From Azolla caroliniana (taxonomy: Eukaryota > Plantae > Polypodiophyta): a stretch of 64,000 nucleotides of DNA. The notes under the pieces were generated by a model. The model saw only the letters and a program-made list of their open reading frames with translations. It had not been told where the DNA came from and did no database searches. Both the position numbers and the translations under genes were made by a program. The stretch lies in NCBI GenBank assembly GCA_043228905.1, contig JBHGNT010000010.1, positions 620,001 through 684,000 on the forward strand, given 5' to 3'. Within the stretch, counting starts at the first letter, position 1. Each line of letters starts with the position of its first letter. This document shows, piece by piece, positions 51,744 through 64,000 of this stretch.

Positions 51744-54113
51744 ATGCCCTGCTGCTGCTTCATGTTAGCAGCGGTAAAGAAGAAGCAAGACCAACGCGAG
51801 CAGGAGATATGGAGGTGGTTGTGTACCACCACTGCGAAGGGTAGTATCACTTCATCCGCTGATCTCCTGCGATGGTGCGCACAAGAGAAGGCTCTTCTGC
51901 TGGGCAGGACTGCCCATCATTGCCTCATTACAGGAGAGCTGGACCGTGACACCTATCTCGCGAACCTTGTTCTTCACATGTACTCTGCTTGCGGGGCGCT
52001 AAGTGATGCTAGGTCCCATTTTGATCAAATGCAGGAAGGAACTCGAAATGAATATACATGGAGGATCATGATCCTTGCGTACACTCATGCAGATATTGAC
52101 CATAGTAGTTCTAGTACTAGTACTAGTAGAGAGGTGGCGCTTCGCCTCTTCCAAGAGATGCAGGCTAAATCTGTTGTCGCAGACAGACTCACCTTCATCA
52201 CTCTTATTGTTTTGTGCTCCAACAGGCCAAGGGGGCAAGTCTATCTGGATGCAGGGAAAAGGGTTCATTACCTTGCTTTCATCCGAAGCTTGGACTCTGA
52301 TCTTGTCCTAGGAAATGCTCTCATCTCCATGTATGCCAAGCATAACTGCATCCAGGATGCCCGCAGTATCTTTGACCACATGCAATCACGGGATGTGGTC
52401 TCTTGGAATGCACTCATCACAGCATACTCGGGTGAGGGCCAGTGGACTGAGGCTATGGAAGTATTTAAAATGATGATACACAAAGGCTTCATACCTGACA
52501 GGCTCACATTCATTGGCATTTTCACTGCTTTGACTAGCCAATTGGCCCTAGAAGATGGAATGAGTGTTCACAACCTTTTATGTAGAAGCAAATGCAAAAA
52601 TGATGTGGCAGTGAATAATGCTTTGCTCAGTATGTATGGCAAGTGTGGGAATTCAGAAGCTGCACTAAAAGTGTTTGATAGCATGGTCGAGCGTGATATC
52701 ATCACCTGGACAACTATTCTCACACTTCATGCTGAGCACGAGGACAATGTTGAGGAGGCCTTTCAATGCTATGAGCAGCTACAACAGGAGTGTATGGCAC
52801 CAACCATCGTGACATCTGTAAAATATCTGGATGTGTGTGCTAGTCGAGTAGCACTATGTGCAGGAAAGCGAATGCATGCTCAGGTCATGTGCTTTCAGGA
52901 GCGGTTGGATGTGGTTGTACAAACTGCACTCATCAGCATGTATGGTAGGTGTGCAAGATTCAAATCAGCATGCACAATTTTTTATAGTATGCATCATAAA
53001 AACATGGTTACTTGGGGCGCCATGGTTGCAATGTATGCACACTATGCACATGCTAAAGAAGCTATGCAACTTTTGGAGCAGATGCAACAAGAAGGCAATG
53101 TTCCAGACAGAGCGGTCTTTGTGAGCATTCTTGATGCTTGTGCTTATCTTCAGATGCTTAGAGAAGGTCAACAAGTCCATGCTCGCATCCAAGCTCATTT
53201 TGACGAAACATTGTGCATTGCTCTCATAAAGATGTATGCAAAACACAAGCGTGTCGAGGATGCTGAGCGTGTTTTTAACAGTATGTCCGAACATAATGTG
53301 TTAGCTTGGAATGCTAAGGTTGCAAGTTACAGTCAATTTGAAGATAACCATTTGGCACTCCAGCTTTTCGGGTTCATGCAGCAAGAAGCTGTGATGCCAG
53401 ACAAAGTCACTTTTGTCAGCATCATCGCTGCTTGTGGTGCTGAGATGGATTTACAATTAGGGAATCAGATACATGCAATCTTCATTCAAAATGTTAAACT
53501 TCAGCGTGATGTGTTTTTGTGGAATGCTCTTGTGAGCATGTACGGGAGATGTGGTGACCCAGAAGAGGCACACAAGGTCTTTGACAGGATACCAGAGAAG
53601 AATGACGTTTCTTGGAATGCCCTGATGGCTGCATATGCCCAGAATGGCAATAGCAAGGAATCCCTATACATTTTCCACCAAATGGAAACACAAATCACCA
53701 ACCTTGGAATGGCAACCTTTTCAGTGCTCTTATCTGCGTGTAGCCATGGAGGCCTTGTAAGTGAGGCCTTCTCTTATTTTCAGTATATAGTTCAAGCCCA
53801 TGGCGTGGAGCCTGTGGTTGAACATTATAATTGCCTGCTTGACCTGCTTGCAAGGGCAGGACTATTGGTTCAGGCTGGAGTTTTGCTTGAAAGTATGCCA
53901 TGTACACCAAATATAATCTCACTGGCCACAATGTTAGGTGCTTGTAGATTTTTGAATGATGTTGGAAGAGGGGAATATATAACTATGCACATGTTCCACA
54001 TGGATCCATGTAATGCTGTACCATTTGTTATATTATCGAATATTTATGCATCAGCTGAGAGTCATGTTGATGGAGTCCCTGAGATGCTGGCATATATAGA
54101 AGGCATAACATAA
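51744..54113 (+). CDS. PLS-class pentatricopeptide repeat protein with E extension and no DYW domain (probable organellar RNA-editing factor), 789 aa, intronless
   Basis: Repeated DVVSWNALI, PDRxTF and NALxSMYGKCG motifs. VLLSACSHGG...EHYNCLLDLLARAG. E region MLGACR...PFVILSNIYA, followed shortly by the stop. Confidence 0.93.
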   Translation: MPCCCFMLAAVKKKQDQREQEIWRWLCTTTAKGSITSSADLLRWCAQEKALLLGRTAHHCLITGELDRDTYLANLVLHMYSACGALSDARSHFDQMQEGTRNEYTWRIMILAYTHADIDHSSSSTSTSREVALRLFQEMQAKSVVADRLTFITLIVLCSNRPRGQVYLDAGKRVHYLAFIRSLDSDLVLGNALISMYAKHNCIQDARSIFDHMQSRDVVSWNALITAYSGEGQWTEAMEVFKMMIHKGFIPDRLTFIGIFTALTSQLALEDGMSVHNLLCRSKCKNDVAVNNALLSMYGKCGNSEAALKVFDSMVERDIITWTTILTLHAEHEDNVEEAFQCYEQLQQECMAPTIVTSVKYLDVCASRVALCAGKRMHAQVMCFQERLDVVVQTALISMYGRCARFKSACTIFYSMHHKNMVTWGAMVAMYAHYAHAKEAMQLLEQMQQEGNVPDRAVFVSILDACAYLQMLREGQQVHARIQAHFDETLCIALIKMYAKHKRVEDAERVFNSMSEHNVLAWNAKVASYSQFEDNHLALQLFGFMQQEAVMPDKVTFVSIIAACGAEMDLQLGNQIHAIFIQNVKLQRDVFLWNALVSMYGRCGDPEEAHKVFDRIPEKNDVSWNALMAAYAQNGNSKESLYIFHQMETQITNLGMATFSVLLSACSHGGLVSEAFSYFQYIVQAHGVEPVVEHYNCLLDLLARAGLLVQAGVLLESMPCTPNIISLATMLGACRFLNDVGRGEYITMHMFHMDPCNAVPFVILSNIYASAESHVDGVPEMLAYIEGIT

Positions 54114-54359
54114 AATGAATAGTTTGGTATTTGCATATTGAACATATTGTAGTTTTTTGCCACTTTCGGCAGATTGCTTATAATGTGAAATATCTGCCAG
54201 AGGAGTCTCTTGTTTTCTGATCATGATGGCAGCTGTATTCTTTATGGGCCATTACAAGTGCTCAACAGATGCCAAAGATTCCCTTGTTTTCTGGTCACAA
54301 TGGCACTTACAATTTGTGGCATAACAAAATGTCCATTAGTGACAATGAGCAAGTTATTT

Positions 54360-55320
54360 TCAGGTTGAAAGCAAGGCCTCAAGTTATGCACCTGGTTCAA
54401 GCTACCAAGGGGTCTTCGCTGTATCTTCAGGCAAGGAATGCACCTAAAATGACCATTGGTGATGATGAACTCATTCTTTGAGCTCTCAAAATGGATTGAA
54501 GGTTATATATCTAATTGAAGCATTTTGGTACATTTTTGTATTCATGCAAGGCTGAATACATTTATGAAAATATTTGATAGTAAATTGTGAAAGCGGTCTG
54601 TAAATTTTTGTGCATCCCTCCACATAAAAGAGCATAAGTAAACATATTCTTTGACATATTGAGGTGAATCGAATGGTAAATTGTTCAAAGCTAGGGTTCA
54701 AGTCATATTCCTGCTTAAAGATATCAAGGGGTGTTCTTCAGGCAAGTGCCAATCGAAAATGACCATTGGAGATGATGTACACATACGTTGAGCTGTCAAA
54801 GTGAAGGTTGTGAGTCTTATTGAAGCCTTTCAGGACATTTGTGCATTCATGCAAGGCTGAATACATTTATGAAAACGTTTGATAGTGAATCATGAATATT
54901 ATATATAATCATGCATGCCTCCATACAAAGACCATCAGCAAATATCCTTTGACCTGTCAAGTTGAATCAAAGTTACATGGTTGAAAGTTAGTTCTCAAGT
55001 TATGTGCTAGCTTCAGGATACCAAGAGGTTTTCTCTTTATCTTCAGGCTCAGGTCAATCTAAAATGACCATTGGTGATGGGCACATTTTGAGCTGTCTCA
55101 AGGATTGAAGCTTATGCGTCTGATTGAAGCCTTTCAGAATATTTATTTATTCATGCAAACCTGAGTACATTCACTAAAATGCTAGATAGTGCATCATGAA
55201 AACAGTTTCATATTTCGTGCATGCCTCCATAAAAAGACCATCAGCAAACATATACTTTGACCCCAAGGTAAATCAAAAGTTACATTGCTAAATGATGCCT
55301 CTGAAGGTTTTTGCTGGGTA
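54360..55320 (+). pseudogene. Three diverged ~305-310-bp repeats, probably decayed PLS PPR triplets
   Basis: The anchor aaaatgaccattgg occurs at 54446, 54756 and 55061. Broken translations read EAFQ...MQ, TFxKxxD, FVHASI and LQDTKR/LNDA, in P-L-S order. The repeats are seen directly; the PPR identity is inferred. Confidence 0.5.
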
Positions 55321-55523
55321 TTCTCATGTGAGGCAGAATATATACTAAGTTACATATGTAAGGCTGTAAACTTCTGTATATGTTCATGGTCTACAGGTAT
55401 CCACCTGCTGAAGATGCCAAGAGATTATCTTCATCTACTAAGAGAGGTCTCACTCATTGAATGTTTTCATTCTTAGGATCAATATGTATGGCTATATCTT
55501 TGGAAGAGTTGCAATCTTCCAAC

Positions 55524-55791
55524 TTGGAATCGGCAACGATTTGGTTTCGGCTTAACCAATCGCCCTTCTCCAAACCAAACCGGTTAAGCCTTAACTGGTT
55601 TGGGAGTTTCCAAACCTGAACCAAACCAGGTCCTAAACTGGTTAGGACTAAGCGGTTTGGCCCAAATCAGTTTGATTCAATTCGGTTTGAGCCATCCCAA
55701 ATCGATCTCAAGCCTAAACTGAACCGCCAAACCAGTTTTAAACAGTTTCATGGTTCGGTTCAGGCTTGAGCTGGGCTGTTGCTGATTCCTA
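55524..55791. mobile_element. hAT-type MITE (268 bp)
   Basis: TIRs ttggaatcggcaac and gttgctgattccta (12/14 match). Perfect 8-bp TSD cttccaac at 55516-55523 and 55792-55799. The interior is rich in aaacc/ggttt motifs. Confidence 0.9.
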
Positions 55792-56419
55792 CTTCCAACT
55801 ACTACTTTTTATGTATCCTGACTTTTAAGTTCATATGTTTGATTTGATAATTACAAATGCACACATATTTCACATAATACACTACACTTGCCCTTTGAAC
55901 TCCAAATGCATGGAATGCTTGAAGGTTATGTTGGCTGGATTGATAGTCCGTATAGGTTTGGGGTGAGTGTACTGATAACAAATTCATTCTATATATCTTC
56001 ACCAATTGGTAGGTACTATCTATTATGGTAACAATGCTTAATGGTATTGCATATCATGTTCTTAAACAGTTGTTGTATACCACAGTCTCCTTGTGCTTCC
56101 AAATGTACTCTTGCTTGTCATTGCTATTTGTGTTGCCTCTTTGTAGGCGTAGGCATATATACAAGTAGAATGTTAATAGATGGCATATCCAAACCCGCCC
56201 CCCCACCATCAGACTAGATAGAGAAGGTAGTTGTAGGATCAAGCAAATAATAGATAAATGATTTAAAACTGTCAAGGTCTAAAAATATTGCTCATACTCC
56301 TTTACCATAGAAAGTGAATCATCTGTAATAATCAGTATTAATGTTAGCCAGTAATTTCCAACGTGCCCTTAGTGGCCAAGAAAGATCATGATTATGTACT
56401 GCAATTTCTAATAGCTCTT

Positions 56420-56860
56420 ACCAATCCATCAGAATTTTATGCGCAAAAATTCATCTCATGTATATCCCTGATAACGTATTTGCAGCAATGTCAAGATCTT
56501 TGCAAAGTTTACAAGCGGCCATAACATGTTCACACGTTCTCTCATCCATGATCACTAGCAACATGGTCTACAATTTCACCGAAACCTTGCTAGGAAAGGA
56601 TCAAGCACATTACCACATCAATGAAAAGTCATATCATGGCATGGTTGGATAGAGTAGCATCTCCCCATGTCCCCATTGTGATAAACAAAAATCACTCCTT
56701 GATATACAAGCAATGCTCTCTCCAAGAGATGGAAATGTTTCCAAAACAAATTCTCCTGAAGTCACATCTTACTACTAGTTGCAATTAGCTCCTTCATAAC
56801 TGAAGTCCAAGCAATATAATTAAATCCTTTTAGGAAGTTCAGTACGTCTGAGCATAAATG
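56420..56860 (-). pseudogene. Possible decayed PPR/E-domain remnant
   Basis: Minus-strand fragments IAWTSVM (~56815), NVLDPFLAR (~56610) and DERTCEHVMAACKLCKDLDIAA (~56550-56483) resemble PPR P, S2 and E motifs in the expected order. Many stops. Confidence 0.3.
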
Positions 56861-57274
56861 TTTTGAGGATCAGTCTCCACTGTAAGGGAAGCACTCACCA
56901 AGTGTAAACATCAGCCAGAAACTTTTAGTACATAGAGAACGATCATGAAATCAACACGTGTTACATATCTGTATCCTCAAACACACCCTTTCAGAAGCCT
57001 CATCACACGTCATTTCATAATTAACTGGTCATTGATGTGGGTCAATGACTTCAGGATACTCCAATCTATTCCTCAGAAGTAGAGATGTATACCTTTAATA
57101 TTAACAAGTACCAACAATTTCAATATAAATACTCAGAGAATGGAGAGTCAATAGTAACATATGTATCCATCCAAAACCTAGAAAAACAATCACATCACAT
57201 GTCAGTAGTCAGCATTCTAAATGTCTTGGACTGAAGCACCTCTTTACATTCTTCAGCCCTTGGAATGATCATTT

Positions 57275-59820
57275 TTAATCTATCACCGGAACAGCACCAC
57301 CAGCTGCAAGGATTAGCTTTTCCAGCTGCAAAATTATAATACATATACTCTTTCAAGCAATATGTTGTTGTTTGGTTTATCTTGAAGCAGTTTGAACTTT
57401 CATAGATCTCTGCTTGTATCTCTTTTGAAAATGTAAACAGAGCAAAAATGCTGGATCAACCAATGCAAAAAATTCCAGAGCTACAAGTAGAGATCTATGA
57501 AAAGTCAAAATGCTTCAACATAAATTGTCTATAAAACAGAAACATCTAGCAGATATCACAACACATCTACCTGTACTAAAGTTTCAAGCTTTCCTCTCAC
57601 AAGATAAAACTCTTGTTTTATCTGCTGTAGAGCCTGCAGGCACCTGCAGCATTTTTCATAGTTTACATAGACAAAACATATCATTTAAGAGTATTTCATG
57701 GCAGCGACCATAGCTAACTACAAGAAAAGGTGTACCCACCCTTCTTTGTTGTTTGCATCTGCATATGCTCGAAAATCCAAGCATACAACCTTCACTCGTT
57801 GAGCACCTATGCTGTAAACATAAGGCAAGCAAACAAAACTGTTTTCCATCTTTAAAGTAAAGTAATTTCAAATCAATGTTTTCTCCAAACAAAAGTCAAA
57901 CTGAACATGGCACGAACAATATTGCCAAGAAAACTTTGGACAATAATAGGATCTTGGGAATTGTCCACACCAGAGAGCTCTATAATTTCAAAATTCCATA
58001 AACTGATCTATCCATGAAACATCATTTTGGGATCAGCGAGAAATACGAAAAAGATACTGTATCTACCCTAATTTGTGTTCATTGAGTTTATTATAATTGT
58101 TTCTCCATATAGAAAATTGTGGATAATACATCCAAATTCCTACAACGCTTAGCTTCATAGGAGAAAGAACTCATTGGAGTGTATTTGCTCTAATACTCCA
58201 TCCCTTGTTCGAACTCGGCCCAGAATTGTATGGTATAACATCATGAGCCCCAACACGAGATCTGTAGGCACTATACACTTGTAAGTCCTGTCCTGTGTAC
58301 CCATTGGCACTTCATGTTAAAATCTTGGCATGAATCCACTCAAACCTACACTATATTAAGTATGAGGCATGCATGGCACAAGCAACATTATCTGATCATG
58401 GTGCTGCCATAGTTTGTCGGCAAGCTGGGGTCTCACAACTTGATTTATTATTGTAACTTGTATCATTCTTCAAAGCCAAAAGAGTTCTGCAAGTTTATTG
58501 TGTATGCAGAACTCCCTAGAAGGACATGCAAACTCCCATTGACTCTTTGGAATATGAATAAACTCACAACACACAATATTGGGATCAGTGATCAAATAAA
58601 AAATACCAACTCACAAATCTCTGTCGAACCACATTTCCAAAAGATGATCAAAATAATTATTGGTAAGAGGAAATTATTGGAAGAAAAGATGATACACAAA
58701 CAACAGTTAAGTCTTCCACCGTATTTTGTCAGCCTGCCTCCTACGATGATGTAAATGTGTTCTTTTAATGAGAAACCCAACCCACAATTAACTTCACCTT
58801 AGGTTTGGCATAAATATACAAAGGCACTCTATGACAAAACCTAAGCCCTAACTCATCTCTCACTTCATATTTCTACTTTTGTGAAATTCCTTTGCTATGA
58901 TTTTTATCTGATAGTGGCCACAATCTGCCAAAATGATTTTCCATTCGCTATCCCATCTATGAGCATTGGAGTTGCCAGTTCCATTAATAATAAATAGTAC
59001 TCACAGGCTTTCTAAATTGCGGCTTTGCCTTCCCTTGTCCTACCAACTCAGCCAAGTTCTTCTGCATTCTTTGTATACTCCATCCTAGGATCAAGTGTCT
59101 CTAGTATATGCTGTAGTTGGCCCAATACCTAGGGTTTCCCATTCCTTCTAAAGTATTCCTCAGTTCCCTGGTTTCTCTTACCAACCTGTCCAAGTTCTTC
59201 TGCATTGAAGTGCATTCTTTGTAGACTCCATCCTAGGATTGAGTGTTATACTGTAGCTGCACCAATCACTAGGGTTTGCCATCCTCTAAAATATCCTCAG
59301 GAGTCAGATTCATGATTTTGCTTCTCTCCACATTCTCCATGTTTTTGGGTTTTTATGCATTGGCTTATATGTCTATTTCCCTTCTGTCTCTGCAGATGCT
59401 TGATTTTCAGCAGGACTGAATGCACAGAAATTTCGAGTTTCTCCAAATGATCAACTCCTCTCCTTTACGTTACATTCTTTTGTATGACATAAGCACTCAC
59501 TTAACATGTTAAATTGTTTGAATGAACCACAAGAAACAAACCTAGAACTGCTTCCTTTGAACTGGTGCACATATGCATCCACCTTATTGTAGTCAGTTGG
59601 ATCTTGCTCACTGCAAACAAGAGCTAATGTTAGAAACAAAATGGAATGTATGATAATACTGTCTCTTGCAAGAACTAATAAAAATTTACAGTGCTTTTGT
59701 GAGTTCTGTTAGGAGTCTTTCTGAGTCTTCTGAGAATAATGAGATGACTTCAGTGACAAAATCTGGATTGCTAGCATCTTGAAGCATTTGAAGCTGAGTA
59801 AACTGATCGTCAAGAAAACC
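57275..59820 (-). CDS. AHP: Histidine-containing phosphotransfer protein (HPt, cytokinin two-component relay), exons 2-6; exon 1 not found and probably beyond the window
   Basis: GT-AG exons 59820-59690, 59610-59542, 57811-57740, 57643-57571 and 57325-57275 give GFLDDQFTQLQMLQDASNPDFVTEVISLF...VDAYVHQFKGSSSSIGAQRVK...LEKLILAAGGAVPVID*. The phospho-accepting His is intact. Confidence 0.93.
58150..58440 (-). mobile_element. Old LINE RT fragment inside an AHP intron
   Basis: PTNYGSTMI and VPTDLVLGLMMLYHTILGRVRTRDG parallel the LINE RT at 63030-62640. Confidence 0.55.
59041..59300. repeat. Diverged ~138-bp tandem duplication in an AHP intron
   Basis: taccaac...ccaagttcttctgcatt...ctccatcctaggat...tagggttt...cctcag starts at both 59041 and 59179. 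Confidence 0.8.
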
Positions 59821-60354
59821 CTACATCCAGAAGGGAAGTCATGTCATACTTAATGCTTTCAGTATGCATTCTCCTTTAATGTTATCATATGGTGGAAGAC
59901 CAACACTTGAAATGGACTAACCAAAATATGATGATAAATGGAGAGCAAATGACCATGATAACACCATACATTATGTGATATTGCTTGATGGTATGATTCA
60001 AGCTTTTAATGTCATAAGTGAAATATCAATCTATGTAATATAGCAAATGTCTTGCAGTAGCTAAATAAAAGACTCAAAAGTTTATGCACTTTTCAAAGAC
60101 AAAAAAAACACTATTTCACACAATGGAAGCTCTTTCTTTGTTTTGAAGGACATCCTCATATTGGAACACTTGGCCATGGCTGTAATTTCAGTTCCACTGA
60201 CCAAGCATCTTTCTTTGTTCTGTTTTCACTTTACTGTTCCAGGAAATTCAATTTGGCATTTTGAGTTTGATGACACAAAATTAGAAATAGTCATTTTAAT
60301 TAGGTGTCTTTACATTCCATTTGGTGAACCAACCAAAGGCACAAAAGATAACAG

Positions 60355-60620
60355 TGTATCGATGTTTTTGACGAATTCTGCAAGGCCTTTGATACTGTAC
60401 AAAGGGAACGTCTTCTCTAGAGACTCGATGTACTATGTTCCTTCTAACATCACGTGGGTGATAAATTACTATATGAGCAAGTATTGGTACAAGTTCAGTG
60501 TACATGGGGTTTGACAAAGGTTTTCACAAACACTATCAGTGTGAAGCAAGGATGCTTACTCTCCCCCAACTTCAGACTCTACATCGACAAGGTAGTGGAC
60601 TACAATGCATGTGGAGGTGG
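60355..60620 (+). mobile_element. LINE reverse transcriptase fragment
   Basis: FCKAFDTVQRERL and SVKQGCLLSP..FRLYIDK motifs, with stops. Confidence 0.8.
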
Positions 60621-61249
60621 CAAAAAAGAAAGACGAAAGAAAGGTATATTGACGGCTTTTATGAGGCAAAAATGGCCTATAAGACAAAATAAGAGATACA
60701 TCTCAAGTGTGGTCTTGTCTTTGAGAACAACAAACCAAAATAAATAAATGTTACTAAGTAAAGAAAAGAAAAAGTAAACAGGATAAAAAGAGAAAAGAAT
60801 CTTGTTATCAGCACATGTAAGATTCTCAAGTCAACTATATTATTTTTTTTTTCTTCAAAAGATCTCTAGCATATGTCAATTCAGAATAGAGAGGTCTCCG
60901 AAGCAAGGGAAGCGCCCTACAATCGCAGGAGAAAATGGCCTTTATCTATTGATGACAAGGGTGGTGAGATAGTGGTCCATGGGGCCACGGCTAACGTGCA
61001 CAACAAATTACTATTTCCTGATCTATTGTAACCCCGTTGTTATGTCTTGGTCGGCAGCCCATTTGTGTAGCCCTTGATTGACTTGTAGCATTAGTAGGAG
61101 GGATGAGACTAAAGAAAGTTGTGATTGTTCTTTGTGGATGTAGTGTTGTCCTTCAACAACTTTTCTCTGTGTCGCTTGAGTTCTAGCAAGAAAAGTCCCA
61201 AGCACCATTTGTCCTCATATTCCATTACCTTGCATTGTGTGTTTAAAGA

Positions 61250-63150
61250 AACAATGGTATCTCCCTCTTATTTCATAAAAGACACTACAATGACAAACAT
61301 AATGTTCTTCGAATTCCACTCCTTTATGACACAATTGGAAAATTCTTCCTTCTAGTGGCATTCATGTTTATCTGCCTACCTCAATCTCTAACTGATGTGA
61401 TGAAGTTCGCAGCTGCCTTATCACACTATGCAGCACATAGGATAGATGTATGTCTGTATAAGATCGCATGCTGATGAATCCATCCTCCCATGTGTGTAAA
61501 AAACGAGTCTTATAGTGGCCCATCTTCATACAAGTGATATTTGTGGGCTGATCCACGTTATTGTTTTCCAAGTGAATAATATCAGTCCAGATTATTCTAT
61601 GCTTTTCCAATTTGGTCATGTTTAGATGGGGACAGTCCAAGCTATATTGTAACGGGGATAGTGCATTTATGCTTATCCCTCATGTGACTCGAACTATTGC
61701 TACAATTCACCATACCAACAATGATTGTCTCCATGTTCAGCAAGTTATCTTGATGACGTAAGTGCCAACCTTGAGTACCTTCCTTTAGGGAGCTCCCAAA
61801 GTCGTTGGATACATGTCACTGATCAGAATAATGCCTCGATGATTATAGGGGCTGGTCCCATCTCTGCCCGGATTATATCGTGGGGCACCGATGTTCAGCA
61901 AGTTATCTTGATGACGTAAGTGCCAACCTTGAGTACCTTCCTTTAGGGAGCTCCCAAAGTCGTTGGATACACGTCACTGATCAGAATAATGCCTCAATGA
62001 TTATAGGGGCTGGTCCCATCTCTGCCTAGATTATATCGTGGGGCACCGATGCTTTGCTCCTTATCGTGAGGGCAATCATTGAAACTAAAGGTAAGATTCG
62101 GTCCCCATGTTTTCTACTTCATAGAGAAGAGTTGGTGTCATGAGTGTATCAAATAAATATAATTTAGTTCATGGCTCTTGGAAATGCAAATGTGCACATT
62201 GTCTTTCGAGAGCACCGAAGGGCTGCATATCCACGCAAAAGTTAGGCACACACAGCATCCCATACGGAGAACCTGGGCCATGTAAATGTTACTCCAGGTA
62301 TGTCTAAGAGCGTGTGCATGCCAACTTTTCCTCTTTGAAGAAGTATTCTGGTTCTGATCTTGTTACCCATGCTTGAGAGGTGTTAAACACCATAACTTTA
62401 GTTTTATCCATGTTTATCGACAAAACATTGTCTGTACAACATAGTTTAAAGGCATTTAGATGTCTTTGTGGTCCCTCCAAAGAGTTGAAAATCTGCACAA
62501 TATCCTCGGCCTGTAGTAATATTTGTATAGCTATACCCGCTAGGCATGCTCCCGAACCCTTGAATCTCTATGTAATGTGATGCCTCATCTATATAGAGAC
62601 CAAAGAGAGTGGGCGATAGTGGGCATCCTTCTTTTAGTCTGATTGCACTAGCCACTGCCTCTAAAAAACCTTTCGGAGACCTAGCTTTTCCTGACACAGA
62701 TTCATACAGTGCATAGATTCCCAATTGCATATTTGTAGGGCCACCAAGGACTTCTAGGCGTTGCATAAACAGAGGACGCAGCAGTGTCAAAGGCTTTTCG
62801 GAAATCCACAAAGCAGCAATAAATCCTCTTATCATTGGCTCTGCCCTCCTCAATGAGGGCTCAGAGGATCAATATGTGATCCAAAGTTGTGAACCTCTTC
62901 CAAAAGCTTGCCTGTCCTGCTGAACGGCAGCCATTTCACTCTACCCATATATTCAATTCTGACTTTAGGATTGAGCAATATAGTTTAGCCAAGCAATGGC
63001 CAATCATGATTGTCCCATAGTTGCTTGGCATCATGCGGTCTCCACATGGTATGTTCTGTCCTTCTAGTAGGGAAACCTTCACACATAGCTCTACTAAAGA
63101 TGTCTACTAGCAATGGGAGCAAGATGTCATAAGCATAGATAAAGTGTTCA
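61250..63150 (-). mobile_element. Degenerate LINE ORF2 (RT and C-terminal part)
   Basis: PSNYGTIMIGHCLAKLY, DFRKAFDT, KEGCPLSPTLFGLYIDE, LSINMDKTKVMVF and LRTSSHQLEIEVGR, with frameshifts. Confidence 0.88.
61733..62051. repeat. Near-perfect 158-bp tandem duplication within the LINE
   Basis: atgttcagcaagttatcttgatgacg...ggggcaccgatg begins at both 61733 and 61891, with only a few substitutions. Confidence 0.92.
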
Positions 63151-64000
63151 CCACCCAATCCATCATGAAATCAACATATTTTGTATACATGTCCACATTC
63201 CACATTGATAAAATAATGCAAGAATTATTGTACCCAAGGTATCAAAACCTTTGACTTATACTTCACACCACTTCTATTCTAACTACTCAATTTATGGTGA
63301 TGTGCTTGTAATCTTACTCGTTGCTGAATCACACAAGAATCAAAATCGAAAGTTATATATAGGGGTTATTGTCACTTGACATCAATAAAATGTGGTATTA
63401 AGAGAATGCAAACAAGGCGGTGTTTCCCTAAACTCGGGTGCAGGCAGAATACTTGTGTGCTAATGTAGAGTTAAAAATAAGCAAGGAACATCAATAATGG
63501 CATCCTAAATAAAGTGGCAATAGTTATGTCCATAACAACCATGCCACAACCTGAAGTAAATGACTATCACATTAACTCAAAGAAAATATACCATCCCATT
63601 AATGTGCATGATTCACAACTACCTCCACAATCTGAAGCAGATGTACAGTCAACAAAAATATTCAATCATATTAAAGGTACAGGATTCACACGTACATATC
63701 CCATGCATGGCACAATGAAACGGTGTAGGAGATGGATGGATGTTGAAAATTGTTTCCTTTTTTCTTGGCCAATGACATTTAACACAATGCCATGCCCATG
63801 CAGAAAGAAACAAGAATGGTTGAGATGGTTACACCTTAGTCTCTGAATCTCAAGCAGGCATATAACATCATTTCAATGCCTTAGATGGTTTTTCTGGATA
63901 ATTGACAGTGATCCTGGGAAAGAATAAGGCCATGATCTTCCATATATTCATGCCATTTTACCAACGAGTTGTCTTCACCCTGTGATGAGCACAAGTTGAA

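Overview
Plant nuclear DNA. The PLS-PPR gene style and retroelement types suggest a seed-free vascular plant such as a fern, which is an inference. The window has three zones. (1) 1-14729 is a tandem satellite with a 178-bp monomer, two sequence subfamilies and local higher-order duplications. (2) 14732-44449 is a ~30-kb stack of seven LTR retrotransposons. An integrase-less Ty3/Gypsy (minus strand) sits inside a deleted Copia (C1). A five-level Copia nest follows (C2 > C3 > C4 > C5 > C6), with readable LTR pairs, tRNA-iMet PBSs and PPTs, and TSDs for the three inner elements; C6 is nearly intact. (3) 44450-64000 is genic: a 12-exon PQ-loop/YPQ1-like transporter (minus), a single-exon PLS/E PPR gene (plus), probable PPR relics, a hAT-type MITE, exons 2-6 of a histidine phosphotransfer (AHP/HPt) gene (minus) and LINE fragments. 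The most unusual signals are a ~175-codon acidic-then-Arg-rich extension after RNase H between two PPT copies in C5, a five-unit hairpin array in the Gypsy leader, an in-frame TAG shared by two diverged Copia copies, and a TSD-less junction that retains a PPT. All divergence values are hand counts and approximate.
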